This document shows, in pieces, positions 30,104 to 45,620 of a DNA stretch of 64,000 bases. The notes under the pieces were generated by a model. The model was not told the DNA's origin. It did not search any database and saw only the letters and a program-made list of their open reading frames with translations. The DNA is taken from NCBI RefSeq assembly GCF_009914755.1, contig NC_060926.1, one strand, 5' to 3'. Every line of letters starts with the position of its first letter. Within the stretch, counting starts at the first letter, position 1. Origin of the DNA: the human T2T-CHM13v2.0 reference genome, Homo sapiens. The position numbers were made by a program, and so were the translations under genes.

Positions 30104-31230
30104 ACTTCTGTTTATAGTAAAGTCAGAATGAGTAATTTGAACAAACCCACTTGCTAATTATAATTTAAATATATAGATGAACTAAAAAAAATCTTTCCAA
30201 GCATTAAATACCTACCAAGATAATGAAGAGTAATTGGACCAAGATGTAAGAGAAGGAAATCAGAAAGATGAGCCCAGAATTCAGACTGCTTTGCCTTAGG
30301 AGTATCTGCTAATCCAGAGGAGCTGCTGAGCAGGTCTTTGACAGAGCTTCAGCGCTTTTGGGACAAAAATTGAAGTCTACAGCTTGCCAAGGGTGAGCTC
30401 CCTGGATGAACTTCCGTAGCATAAATGCAGGAACCAAATCTACATGGGAGACTGAGCTAGAAGTCAAACAGTCTTAGAACACATTGCAGCCCAGTGTAAG
30501 TCATTTTGGTGACCAAGACAAATTAGATTAAGGTGAACCTGGAAAGCTAGCATCTACAGACACCTGTGAAGCAAATGAAAATCATCTCCAGATGATAATA
30601 ACATTATCTTGGACTCAAAATATTTCTACTACATGTTTCAAATACTGTATCTGGTACACAAGGATAATTAGGGCACAAGGAAAGAAGGCAGCATGAAAGA
30701 GAATCGTCACAAATGACAGACGGCAGACAAAGCCCCACAGGTGTGCCCATATAGTGAGAATATTGGGCTCAGATTAGGCAAAACACATTTACTACATTAA
30801 TGGAAATAAGAACAAACTTTAAAATATTATCAAGGAATTGGAAACTAGATACCATGACATTCTGGTTTTAAAGAAAAGAATTGCCTAGGAAATGCTAAGA
30901 CTGAAAAATACAAAAACCAAAATGGAGAGCTCAGGTGATGTGTTTGAAGACAGGGTAAACACAGATGAAAATGGAATTCATGAATAAAAAGAGAGGTGAA
31001 GAGAAACCATCAACAGTAAAGCTGAAGAGACAAAATATGGAAAGTACAAGATAGAGGGCAAGAGATCCAGAAGATATGGTGAAAAAGTGTAATATATATT
31101 TACTTGGAATCCCAGAAGAGAGAAAAGAAGACATAAAGCAGAAAAAAATATTTGAAGAGAAAATAATTCTCCAAAACGTTTGGAAGACACCAAGAAACAG
31201 TGTCACAAAGCCTCATTAATTTCAAATAAA
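30104..31230 (+). mobile_element. Ancient L1 (L1M/L1ME) 5'UTR plus decayed ORF1
   Basis: Near 31090-31160 encodes NIYLLGIPEE...IFEE, the ORF1p RRM signature; frame broken. Confidence 0.75.
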
Positions 31231-34097
31231 ACTGTGAAGACTAATTGGCAGGAAGAATAATAGGAATCAGTAAATTATGCTAAATTCAATTGAAGAGTAT
31301 CTCATTAGGAATACTCTTAATTTTCTGGTACAATCTATGTAAACTATAGTAGAAAACAATCTTACTGGTTAGAGTTCCACTTAATAAAAAATGTGAAAAG
31401 ATTTATAATTAACATATCAATTATTTGAAAGTATATCTAAAAATGATTGAGAATGGTTTGTTATCTAAATTGGTTATACTTTCTCCTTACATGATACATT
31501 TTCTTTGTGAATTCATTTTGTTTCAACAGACAAGGAAAGAAAAATAATTCCAGGTATGTGCAAATTCAGTCTGAGATTGAAAATTAATATATTTTCAGTT
31601 TATATATATATTTAGTGTAATGAGATGAAATCACAATTGTCCTATCAGATGGCAAGCTTTATATAAATCTGTTCATATAGAGTTTTAATAGGATATTAAA
31701 TCAAGGAAAACTGAACTCCCCAATCTTGGCTTTTTGCCCCCCGCCCCTGCTGTGGGTTTTTTTTTAACAATTTTTTTTTTTTTGGTGGACATATGGACAG
31801 GTTGAATAATGTAGAAGAGCTTAGAAAAAAGCCTTCATACTTCTGTATATCTACTGTCTAAACTTTTAATTAAGAGTGACTGTGGTTGGCATTTATAGAT
31901 ACTGCCATATGTTGGTAGAGAGTATGTAAATGACAAGATTCCCCATATCCTAATTTACTACCTCTGACGTTGAGGTACTCTTTGTGATAAAATTCCAGTC
32001 TAAGGCTCAGATGAAGCTTCCAATTACAGAGTGCAATTGTCCTCCTTGAGGTATAGATGCTGGATGGTAACCTCGAAAATTTCCCACCAGAGGCTTAACT
32101 GAGAGTGAAGTGATGAAAGAAGGGAAAAGAAATCTTGGCTGATTTTCATGAAATAACCTCCTGCCTGGCACAAGCCCATATTGGGCTTCAGAGTTCATAG
32201 AGTCCTGGGGAATGAAACTGAATGAGTCTTCACAGCAGGGCTGGAGTGCCCAGGAGACAAACTGAAGAGTGTTCAGGGCAAAAGAAAGACAGGAGTCAGT
32301 GAAACTTGCTAAGGCATAACACTGATATTGGCATCTGTCAGTGACGATGGCCAAACCCCTTCCTCCCCTTCAAGTACAAAGGAAAGAATTTTTTGATGTA
32401 CAGTATATAGCGAATGGATGTTAAAAATTATGTTTTCTTTTTTAACAACAATGTTTACTGAGAGGTGCTCATCTTATGCATGAAAATGCACACTTTCTGA
32501 AATGGGGAGCATGTATTGGAAAGAAATTAGGACAGAAAATGGAGAAAATAAGTGGAATAAAAATGGGGGAGGACAGAATATAAAAATAGCAAAATAAAAA
32601 CAAAGGAAAAGTACACAGTGAATACCATATTAACATCTGATAATTTCGTTATGCTCCTTATGGAAAGTAGAATGGAGAATATTAAAGTGAAGAAAGTTGC
32701 ATGCCTTCCTGCCTTCCTGCCTTCCCGCCTTCCCCCCTTCCCTCCTACCTTCCTCTTTCCTAAAAGATACCTTGTGAATTGAGCTGTCAAATGTCATATG
32801 ATAGACATTCGGGGGAAAAAATGCCTTATTTTACCCCCTAGAAGACTTAGAGTTTGGCCTGTGTAAATTCCTGATACTCTTTCCAATCATTTGAACTTAA
32901 GAGTTTAGAGGCCTAGGGAGCTATGTGAAATCTCTCTCAACTGTTCTAAAGCTATTCAAAGTGAATTTTCTAATACACCTACAACGATTAAAAAAAATTC
33001 CTTAGGTATATCAGAATATAAGGGTCCTTACTTTTAGGTGGGCATCCTGCAATGTTCCAGGAGAGGAGTCTTGGTCATAGTGGGTTGAAATCTTTCAAGT
33101 GTACTAAATCACTAGAGCTTCCATTTGAGGTCCCACTAAACAGCTTTTTACCTACCATGAGGGCTTATTCTCACGTTGTGTCCTGCCCAGTTCTGATAGA
33201 AAACAATCAAAAACAACTAAGAACACCAAAAGAATGATCCAGAGCAGTCACAGTCATAAATTTCTGCTTGCATCAAATTTCTCCTGGTTAACAGTTTCCT
33301 GCTGAAACTGTTTCTGCAGAATAACTGCTTTCAGCTGCCTCATCCTGCCTTAATAGCAAGTAAGATTTGGGGCCTCTTGTTAGGGACAGAGCAAGGCACC
33401 TTGATTCATTAGACAGATAGATGATCTAAGAGATGTCAAAGGAGGGGGAGTCATTAGCTGCCCCCAAGGATCCCAGGAAACATTCCACTTCTTACTGATT
33501 GCCAATGTCTTCCCCAGAAGAAAGTGAAACTTCAACAGTAATAATTAGGACAACACATGGGGAACAAAGCAGTTATATTCAAGTAGGTGATAAATATTAT
33601 TGAAATGATGGATTTTTATGGGACTCTTCATAATTTGACTCTACCTTCCCAACTTTCTTCCCCTGTGTTTGCCTGTGTATATGTTGTACATTGTGGCCAA
33701 ACAGGAGAGCTCGGTGACCACACAGATTTGAGCCTTTGTTTACATTGTTTTCTCCCTGAATACTCTCCCCACCCATTCATACGGACTCATGGCAATCTCT
33801 ATCTTTTGGAACCACTTTAAATGCAATCTCTTCCATGTAGCTTCTCTGATGTCTTTACATGAAGGCAGTATTTTTTTTTGTCTTGTTGGTAATATTTTAA
33901 CCTCATCAGACTTCAAGTGCTCTATTCTGTGTTAATGTTACTTACAGAGATGATTAATTTCATTTCCCGGACCATAAGCATTTTTAAGAAAGAGTCCATG
34001 TCTGATTCAAGAGTCCCTGAAACTTTTACAAAGCTAGCACTCATTCTTTTCTTTATTGAGGTATAATTAATAGATACATTAATGCTTTTATTATTTT

Positions 34098-34998
<901 letters not shown>

Positions 34999-36857
34999 AG
35001 AAGTTTGTGTTCACGTGGTTGGATTCTGTATATTCAGTAGCAGCAGAAGCCGCCTGCATTGCAGGAATAATAATCCATCCGCAGGCAAGGTCTCTGGTTG
35101 TGCAACTAACATTACTTGTTAGATAAAGCACAGTAAGGAACAATATATGCAGGCGTATCTGACTTTTAATTTCCTGTTACCAGGATCACTGTTCCTAAAA
35201 CAAAATCATAGAGAGCTGAGCACGTGGGGTGTGAAGTATTGACCACTTCAATCTACTTGTTTTACCTTTGTGGCTGAGTTCACTGATTTTCTCAGGGTTT
35301 CTATTTAATGGAATTTGATTTTTTTAAAGGGCCATGACTGGGTTTTTAATGCATTTCCTGATGTCAACGATTCACCAAGGATTTTCTAATTATATTACAT
35401 TCCTTTGAAATTGCACATTCATTTCACACGCCTACTCTGCAGAGGGACACACTCTAAACTTAACTTGTCTACCATACTGACAATATCTAATTAGAAGGAA
35501 ACAAAAAAAAAAATCCAGTTCTGCCTGCATTTTAATAAAAGTATTAGTATAAAGTATATAAAAGTATCATACTCTTATCAAATCTTCCTTGTCCATTAGC
35601 CTACAAGGAAATACGAATTACAATTTTATTGCTGCATATTTTTCTTTGCTAAATGCATTTGAATATAAATGAATTCATTGACTTTAAATTTCAGAAGTTG
35701 CATATAGGTAAATAGCAGTGGTGAAAATTAATAAAATAAAAAAGCCAACTAATTTCCATCCAGATGTCTTAGACTGTATTGCCCTGAGGAGACCTGGATT
35801 TAATTTGGGAGAAATAAAACTAGTCTAATTTCATATTACACTCAGAAAAATTACTTTAGGTATCTTATACCTTTTGGTTCCTATAATGACTTTGTAACTA
35901 TGAATTCCTATCAGTGAGAATTTAAATAGTTCTAATTAACTAATCTCATTTTAATTGGAATAAGTTTTTTAGCAAGGTATTGGCAGTTTTAAAATAATCA
36001 TTTTCAGATTAAGAGATAATGTTTTTTCAGATAAAAATAAAAATAACCCCAATATTGATAACCTGATGATAACCTAAATTATAATCATTGGTTACATGGA
36101 AAACTATAAATACAGAACTTAAGTGTGTTATCTCTAATTATTTATAACTTTTGGATCATCATGAAAATTATGAGTCATATGAAAGTTTCTTCTCAAAATC
36201 TACGATCATTTTTTGCTAAATTAACGAGTAAGAGTAATGCAGCATTGATGATAATAGTCATTGGATGTATTTTTTTGTCTCTGGCACTTAACATTCAGGT
36301 CCCTATTTGAGACAAAAAGCTGAGTCTCATGGATGACAAATAATGTGCTGTAGTTAACCTGGCTAGGAAGGGGAAGGGCCAGATTTCAAATCCATGTCTT
36401 CATTGCCCTAAGTCCTATCTCTTTACTTTGTACTGTATTTCTTCATCATAAAGATCAGCTTTTTAGGTTTTGATATTTCTAACAATGTTTCAGCTACAAT
36501 CTTTTGTTCAAGTAAAAAATAATAGCAGTACACCTAAGATAATATATACATAGCTTCATATACTCCTGAAAATTCAACAAAATAGACATGATTCTAAGAC
36601 TTCAAAAAGAGGATATTAAATGAAACAGCTATAAGAACACAGAGATGGAACTAGGATTTTTGCTTTCATAGGCTGAGGGTGCTTTGTGGTAGCTGATCTG
36701 TACAGATTCAGACTTTATCTGATAGAAAATATGTAGCAATAAATGTTAGTTTCTTTTCTCTTTCTATAAATCTTGTTCCCCAATGTATCAGTGACTTAAA
36801 AGAGACATGTACAACATGATTAAAAATTTGGATATATACATTCCTGGGGAGGGTGTC

Positions 36858-36877
36858 GTGTGTGTGTGTGTGTGTGT
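36858..36877. repeat. (GT)10 microsatellite
   Basis: Read directly. Confidence 0.9.
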
Positions 36878-39800
36878 ATTTATATAGTAATAAAATTCAA
36901 TCTAAGAGAATTGCCCTCTAAATATCAAATAGGTCCCAGGCATTTGTTTTTATAAGGGCTCTTGTATTTACATAATAAACTCTTAACCAACATTAAATTG
37001 ATTATTTTCTTAACTTGCCCCAAACAATCACTGTTCATAAAATAGTGATGATATTTTATAAAATTCGTGATGTGTTAACACATAGAAGAGCAAACACATT
37101 TAACATTCTTTTACTTAAATCATGCATATACCAGCTAAAATATTTCTGTGTGCTCTCATAGGTACATATACAACCTTCTGAGATCTGTTGTCTTTGTTTT
37201 AATTCCTGGGATAAATGGCCTAATGAGCCCTTTTCATCTTTTTGTGGCAGGCCACCAAAGACACATGTCCCTGAATAGTCAAAGAAAGACTACTCTTGGG
37301 TAGACAGGTCGGTGTGGATCCTTGCTCAGTCCAATCAGTTGTGGTCAGGGATTGGAATCATGTAATCCAGAGGCAGCTCAGCAGGGAATGTAGATAAGGT
37401 GAGCAATGACAATAAAATTTAAATGTTAACATATAAATGTTCACATTCAAAACAACAACTTCTCAAATAAAAATTGCTAACATTTCAAATGAAAAACCGA
37501 TGATGATTTTGTTAATCATAAGATCGCAATATAACATAGAACATGTAATGAAGGATACTGACCAACTCATAAGTGTCCCTAGCACAGTGACCAAAAGGGG
37601 AAGGTACTATAATTTATGGGGTATGTAAAATGGTTTTAAGAAATAATATGAGATTTGCCTTTAACTACTTAGGTTAACTATTCATCTAGAAGAAAGAAAA
37701 TACCAGTGCTATGTTATTTCCCTGGGCAGAATTACAGGGGGTGGGTTTTGGAGCCATGTGAGAAACATCTTTAAATCAAAAATGCCCCAAAATGGAAAGC
37801 CGTAGCTGTCGTCAGGTCAAATGCCTCCCTTTCAAAGCAGCACAGGCGTTTTTATATCCAGAGAGAAATTGAGCTTGATGATCTGTGAATTCTCATCTTT
37901 TAAGAGTCTAAGAAATTAGTTAAGTGTAGTTAAAATTTTACACTTAAATTAATATATCAAATTAGATCATACTAGGCATTTACTGGAACAAATCTCTGAA
38001 AATTTCATAATACTGTGTTCAAAAGCTCTTAATGATTTCAAAAAAATCTCCAATTTTCAGTCATAGCTTTTTCTGAAGGTCTCAGGTTGGAAAGAAACAC
38101 TCGACATCCAATTTCTCTTCTAAAGAGATTTTTATTCTCAAAACTAAGCATTCTGAGCTCCAAGCAATTCATCAGACTAGTGAGGACTTTCTTGGGATGA
38201 TAAATTTAAACTGTTAACCTTTGGAAATGTGATTCTGAACAGAAGGAAAATGTCCAACATACAGGCTGCTCTCTTAATATTTGGCTAAAACGTTGCCTGA
38301 TACGAGCAAGAGTATATACACTTTAAAAATCTACTTTGAAATACTGTGTGGATGTTCTTTGTACTCAGTGAGGCGTAATACATAACATTCTGCTTCAAGC
38401 TATGGAGTAGTGTTGGTAAAATCAAGAATACAGTGTTGAAGTGAATGGGTGAACATGTGGTAAACAATGTCTGATCAGTAACCTCCCTCTAGCCCCAGAC
38501 AATAGTTGATGATAGATCTTAAGGTATACCCATTCCTGACTTGCTGTTTTCAGATTATTCATGATATGTAGTGTGTCCTGGTTTCTCCTAGTTTATTCGA
38601 GAGAGCTTAGGGAGCACATTTTTGGAAAGTGTTGAACGTAGTCACTGCTACTCTCAAAAATCTCTAGAGCAGTATCCGAGTAGGAACAGAGGCCTGTATA
38701 TTCTATTACAAATCGTATGATTCTGCTCATGTGATAGCTGGGTCACAGTGCCAGAATGGACTCTCTTATTTTCCTGAAATATATTTTAAAGATAATTTAT
38801 TTAAAACAAATTTAAAGCCAAATGTGGGTTAAAATATAGGGAGAAATCTATGTAGGAAACAATATCTTTATGCTCTTGTTAAAGTTGATTCCCAATAAAG
38901 TTTTCCTCCCATCATAAATCCCAGATGAAGGAGAATATGCTTTCTTTCCCAGGTGAATATGGTTCTACCAGTTGTAAAAGATAATGCAGCAAAACATGTA
39001 CTACTATGTCTTTAGGGTCGGCCAATCAAGATTATTAAATAAACTGTGCTCATTTTCTCTGATGTTGTCATGTTCATGGGGATAAGATAGTAATTAGAAG
39101 TTTGCTCAGTACGCTAGGAGAAGCATGGGAAAATCACCTGTAAATGACCCTATGCTTTCAACTCAGGACCTGACTAGATTGCTGAGTGTAGAGCATTTAT
39201 AATTTGGAGAATCATTCTTTGTAAAATCAGACTGGTATATATAATTTTTGATCCAGCACGCCCATGGGACAAAAGGAGCCTCTGGATACGAAGCTAACCC
39301 CAGGAAAAAAAATACTTTTATACATACACCTTTGGGGACGACAAGAAGCTAAGATTTTCTCCAACAAGGCAATGACACTTTTAGTGAAGCAACTATCTTG
39401 GATATACCCTTGATGCTGCAAATATCTTGTCTTAAATTTTCTCTCTGGATCTGAAGCTTGATGATCCTAATCCGCTGAGGAGTTGAGTTTTGCTTTACCC
39501 AGACAAGTTTTCATGACTCATTGCACTCTGACTATTTGAGGTTATAATGACCGCAGCCTTTCTAATTCTGTCCAGGCCTATATAATGGCCATAGTTCATT
39601 CTGAGTCACCATCTCTCTCATATGTGTCTTTGCTGGACTGAGTTGCCATTCAACTATTTCTGTTTTTCCACCCCGAACACCACCAAATACAACTTAGATG
39701 GATTTAGTCACTGAGGACTCCACGGCATCTGTAAGGTTCATCTTTCCATGTGGTCCCAAACTCGGTGAACTCTGCCCACTATGCAGCAAATTGACATGAG

Positions 39801-41854
39801 CAAGAAGACAAACAGAAAAAGACATGAAAATATTGTTCACTACACTTATATACTCATTTTTAAGAAGCTGTCGCTATTGACAATTCAAATTTGAATTGAA
39901 GTTAGACTATCATAAGCTAATTATAATTGGCTAGAATGCTAGATAATCATATAGTCATTGATTATAAATACACCAGACAAAGGTGCAGGAATGCCTAGTG
40001 GAATGACGAAAACAACTATGAAGAAGATAACACCAGGCAGGACAATGTCAGGGGCAGCCACTGGGACCAAACAAGAAGAATTGAACAAGTAGAGCACCAG
40101 ATATTGAGGAGTCAATGGGGTAAGCAGTAATCTGTCAGTTAGGTGTAACTGGACAGGTCAAAACAAGAAGTGATCTCCAAAATACCAGATGTAAACAGTA
40201 AAACCAGATAATTCAAAGTCATCCCAGCGTCATGAACAACTCTGGAAAACAGTTCCCCAGAAAAAAAAAAAAAAAAGATTAATTTAAATTTTGCTAATAA
40301 TCACATGGTCAGTCCTGCTCCCAGACAGAATTCTAATGGTTAAATTGATATTGCTCTTCACTACTATAGACTAAACATTCTTCACTTCTTATATATCATA
40401 TAGTCCCTTCACAGTCCCTTAGGCCACTTGACTTTCAGCAACCCCAAACTTAATACCCTTTGTTCATCAGCCTACACTAGCAGAACTCACTTGGTCTGAT
40501 CAAATTAGTTCATACCCGTTCATTGATGCCAATTTGGAGTATTGTTCTCAACGCTGTTTGTCAGTGCATCCTGTTGGTGAAGCTCTTTTGATTTTAAATT
40601 AAACGCTAATTTCTAGCATACCACTTAATGTCCTTTAATCTTCCTTTTAGATAAGATTATGCTTTGTCAAAAATCAGTGGTATTTAGTTAAGACAAATGG
40701 AAGCAGTATTTTTCCAGTTATAGGAATCAAATGTAGACTTAGCATCTGCCTACCAAGCTCTGCCAAATAATGTAGTCAGTGCTTAAAGAAATTCTACTTT
40801 TGACGCCAGTACTGAGACTGTGTCGACAGTTCTTTAATGAAAATTTCTGGAACCAATCAATGACTTTTCCCTGTAACGCATCCTCTTCAGGTAAATGCTA
40901 AGATTAATGGGTTATGTTTAGACAGTTGAAGTGTTAAAAGAATTGTTTCTGTTATGCTGATAATTTTTCCTGTGCCAGATATATGAAGCATACTATCCAG
41001 ACAATAAAAATTGAGGATGTCTCAAATTAAGCAAAAGCTCATTACGTTCACTTCTCAATTAATAAGACATAATAACTTAATAGTACTTAACTTTGTGCCC
41101 CTCACTTCTCCTTCATATTCCAGCTGCCAGAATTTGACTGTTCATTTCTAGCCATCTGACATTTCATTAGCACTGTCACCAAAAAGGTGAGAAGGGAATA
41201 AAAACGAGGCATAAATTCAATCAATCAGTTTTACAGCTACATAGCGGCGATGGTGACTACTTTGGTGGAGGAGGAGTTCTACAGGAATGGCAAAAATTGA
41301 ATTTTTAGAGTATTGACAGACCTTACTGTCTACATGTAATGTTCTATTGTCTAGTATTCTCAGCAACTTGGCAGATTGCACAGCAATTTAGGTAGACGTG
41401 TATTAACTTAGTAGCACCACCCATTTATCCATGTGACATACCTTATTATCTAAGTAACATTTTCTTGGCCGCTACTAACATGAAATATTCATACTGTTTG
41501 CTTTTTGAAAATCTAGCAATTTTACTGTTTGCTATTTTATTATTTTACTTAGTAGTAAAATTAGCTGATTCATTCTGTAATTTGTACAAATCCACCTGGT
41601 CATTAGAAGGTTGTAGTTGTTTGAATGTTTTGTTGATTGTGATAAATGACAGAATAGTGGTATGCTGATCATCAAAAACCATAAAAATAAATACTTGCAA
41701 ATTAATAATCACAAACAGACCTCAGGAAAAATTTCCTCTTTCCTTTTGCATTACACCTCTGCTGTGGACAGAAAGCTTTATGAGATGCAACTTCAGTTTT
41801 AGATTGTTTGGGTTCTAAAATAATAGTTCTTAATATTACCACAAATTATAATTA

Positions 41855-41934
41855 TTAGGTTGGTGCAAAAGTAATTGCGGTTTTTGGCATCACTTTCAAT
41901 GGCAAAAACCGCAATTACTTTTGCACCAATATAA
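41855..41934. mobile_element. MADE1 (Hsmar1-derived mariner MITE), full length, miR-548-type hairpin
   Basis: 80 bp, 37-bp TIRs TTAGGTTGGTGCAAAAGTAATTGCGGTTTTTG..., 6-bp spacer, TA on both sides. Confidence 0.97.
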
Positions 41935-42878
41935 TACTCAAAAATTGGTGACATAAATATTTCTATAACTTATTTTAACATAATTACAGAATGAGGGGGA
42001 AAAAGTACATTTTATTTTTATTTAGTAATTTTAGCCAGATGTATTCTTTTATAATGTGAATTTACTTAGTAAATATCTACTATAGATTTTATTAATGAGG
42101 ATAATAAGTTTTAGACAGTAGTTTTTAGCGAACTATAATTTAAATCTGAGTTGTTCTTGGACTTTTAAAATGTGCAATAATAAATTAAACATCTCACGCA
42201 AATATGAACATTTGAATGTGCAAGCATTTCCAGGACTGTTTATATCATTTGTTGAAACTGCTTGTTGAGGACAAGAGAAATTCCAAAATTTTATTGTCCC
42301 TAATTCTATTTTGATTTGGTCATCGTCTCACCGTTCATCCATTAAGAGAGAGGCTTTCATAAAGTTACGAACAGTGATAAAGTACACATTTAAAAGAAAT
42401 AAATTTATTATGTATTTATTTTGATAATATCCACTATATTAAAATCGTGTATTTTCTCAACAAAAAATGTTTCAAAAAACAAAGTCAATTATAAGAGTTT
42501 TAATATGCTTTACCCAAATTAAATTTTTTTTTATAAAAGCAGATAAACTCTCTGGCTGTCACCATAATCAACAGTTTCTTACTTGCATATTTTGTGTGAA
42601 TGTAAAATACATCTGTCATATATGATAAACAATGGATAAAACTTATCTTTTTTAAACTATTAACAAACTATTTTGTTTGCAAAAAAAACCCCTAATTTTT
42701 AAAACATATTTTAAAAATGAGGGTAGATACCTGGGCAACTGGCCACCTGGGAAATCTACTTCTCTTATGTTGGAAAAGAAATTAAGTTGAATATCTACCA
42801 GTTTTTCTTCACTAAAAGCACTAAAGTGTTAATATGTAGAGTATGTTTTTCACATAGAGTTTACTAGTAATTGCAGTA

Positions 42879-42953
42879 ATAAGTTGGTGTGCAAAAGTAA
42901 TTGTGGTTTTTGCCATTACTTTTAAATTGCACAATTCTTCTGCACTAACCTAA
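42879..42953. mobile_element. MADE1, degenerate (right TIR partly deleted)
   Basis: GTGCAAAAGTAATTGTGGTTTTTGCCATTACTTTTAA...CAATT-CTTCTGCACTAACCTAA. Confidence 0.9.
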
Positions 42954-43491
42954 TGATAACCTTTAATTTAGTAGTTAAATAATTTGCCAAAAGTTCAAGA
43001 CAGCACATTGTACAACTTTTGATACCTCGTTTTCTGCCAACAATAATTCTCAATTTATTTCTTAGAGTAGGAGGTATACCATCAGTACAATTAATGCATG
43101 TATGTTTTACATGTAAATGTATAATGATATTTAATGCATCAATTTCTTTCCTGGGTAGCTCCAATTACTTATACAGCAAGAAGTCTGTCATTTCTTTCTT
43201 TACCACACAAACACTGCTGACTGACTTCGGCCTCAGTGTTAATTGATTCATTGACTAAATAAGTCCTCTGTAAGACTAGCTTTGAAGGCTTCTGTTAACG
43301 TGTTGCAAGATATTGTGACTCATTTTAAAGATTTTAAAAAATAAAACATGCAAGCTATATTGTATGTCGATATAATTATTATTCTCATATTTAGGCAAAT
43401 CAACTTGAATTTCTCTGTATCTATGTATTAGCATAGTTATTTTGGGAATTGTCTATGCCATTGGCAATTTGGTGAGAGTCGTGCTTTAAAC

Positions 43492-44007
<516 letters not shown>

Positions 44008-44672
44008 AACAGTTCTACATTAGACACTAGACGTATCTGGCATAGGTATTAGCCTCTATTTGGAACTAAATTATATGTCATAGCATTCCTAGTGTTAAGA
44101 CAGCATTTTAAAACTCAATTGATTTGTAGAATAATAGGAATGGTTGATAGTAGAGGAATGATATAATTTCTAAGATGAGCATGGTTTGGAAATGTATGAG
44201 GCTAAAAGAAAGTCTGTAATTACTCGGAACTCCTTAGAGGGAACTGTTCAAGTATAACCTGTTGGTTATTATTAGTGGTTATTATTTTTGCAAAGAAGGG
44301 CATGGTTTCCAAAAGAAATATCAGTTTGTTGTACAATTTGGAATTAGAGTATATCGTTAATCTATTCATTTTAAAATTTGAGGACTTGACAATCTGTACT
44401 GGTAGTCAAAATCATACTCAATGGAACATAGGTGAAACTAGAGTGATTTTTTGTTGTTGTTGTTCTTTTCTGGTCTAACATGCAATGTTCTATGCAAATG
44501 AACACATCAAGGTTCTTATTAAATTTGATGGAACTTTGAAAGCGTGTGTGGGGAGAGCTACTCTATTTCTGGGGGCTCAGTAATTGCCTCTACATAGCAT
44601 AATTATTATGATGCTTTTTAGGGTCTTAATTTTTTTCATTCTAGGTGGGTTTGGAACATCCATCTATATTTA

Positions 44673-45064
<392 letters not shown>

Positions 45065-45089
45065 TTAGTTCCTTGACTACTTTGGATGA

Positions 45090-45620
45090 TTTTTTATTTT
45101 CACTTTGTATTTACAAATTTTAAAACACATGAAAGTTGAGAAAATATACCCCTAGCAATCATATTCAACAACGAATAATTCCCTTATAATCTTTTCTTAC
45201 AATTTCATATATTTCTCTATTTTAGCTTTGGAGGAGCTAGAGAATTTTAAAGCTTGTCTTTGAAAAGTGCATCATGTGTTTCACCAATAAATACTTAATT
45301 ATGATCTCCAACTGATACAGACATTTTAAAATAACCATCTTGCCACTATCGTATATCATAGTATTAAAAATTCCTGGAGCTGGGGAGGCAGAAGCTTCAG
45401 TTAGCGAGATAGCACCACTGCGCTTCAGCTTCGGTGACAGAGTGAGACTCATAAAAAATATTTTTAATTCTTTAATATTATGTAATATACAGTCCACAAA
45501 TACATTTGCAAGATTGCTTTAAAAAGCATTTTATGGTGATTTGTTTAAGTCAGGATACAAACAATGTTTTACTATGACCCTATTCATTTATAGACTACTT
45601 GTTCTTGAAAAGAGCAGGGA
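45090..45620 (-). mobile_element. Old L1 3' end fragment (L1MC5/L1ME-like)
   Basis: Degenerate antisense L1 3'UTR motifs (ACAAATTTTAAAACACA.GAAAGTTGAGA; TAATATACAGTCCA; GTCAGGATACAAACAA). Confidence 0.5.
45375..45459 (+). mobile_element. Severely 5'-truncated Alu (last ~80 nt)
   Basis: GGGAGGCAGAAGCTTCAG..GAGATAGCACCACTGC..GGTGACAGAGTGAGACTC plus A tail. Confidence 0.85.

Noticed and set aside
39960-40250. Possible ancient Gypsy-like LTR relic
   Set aside because: Only a compositional impression; no motif I can align with confidence
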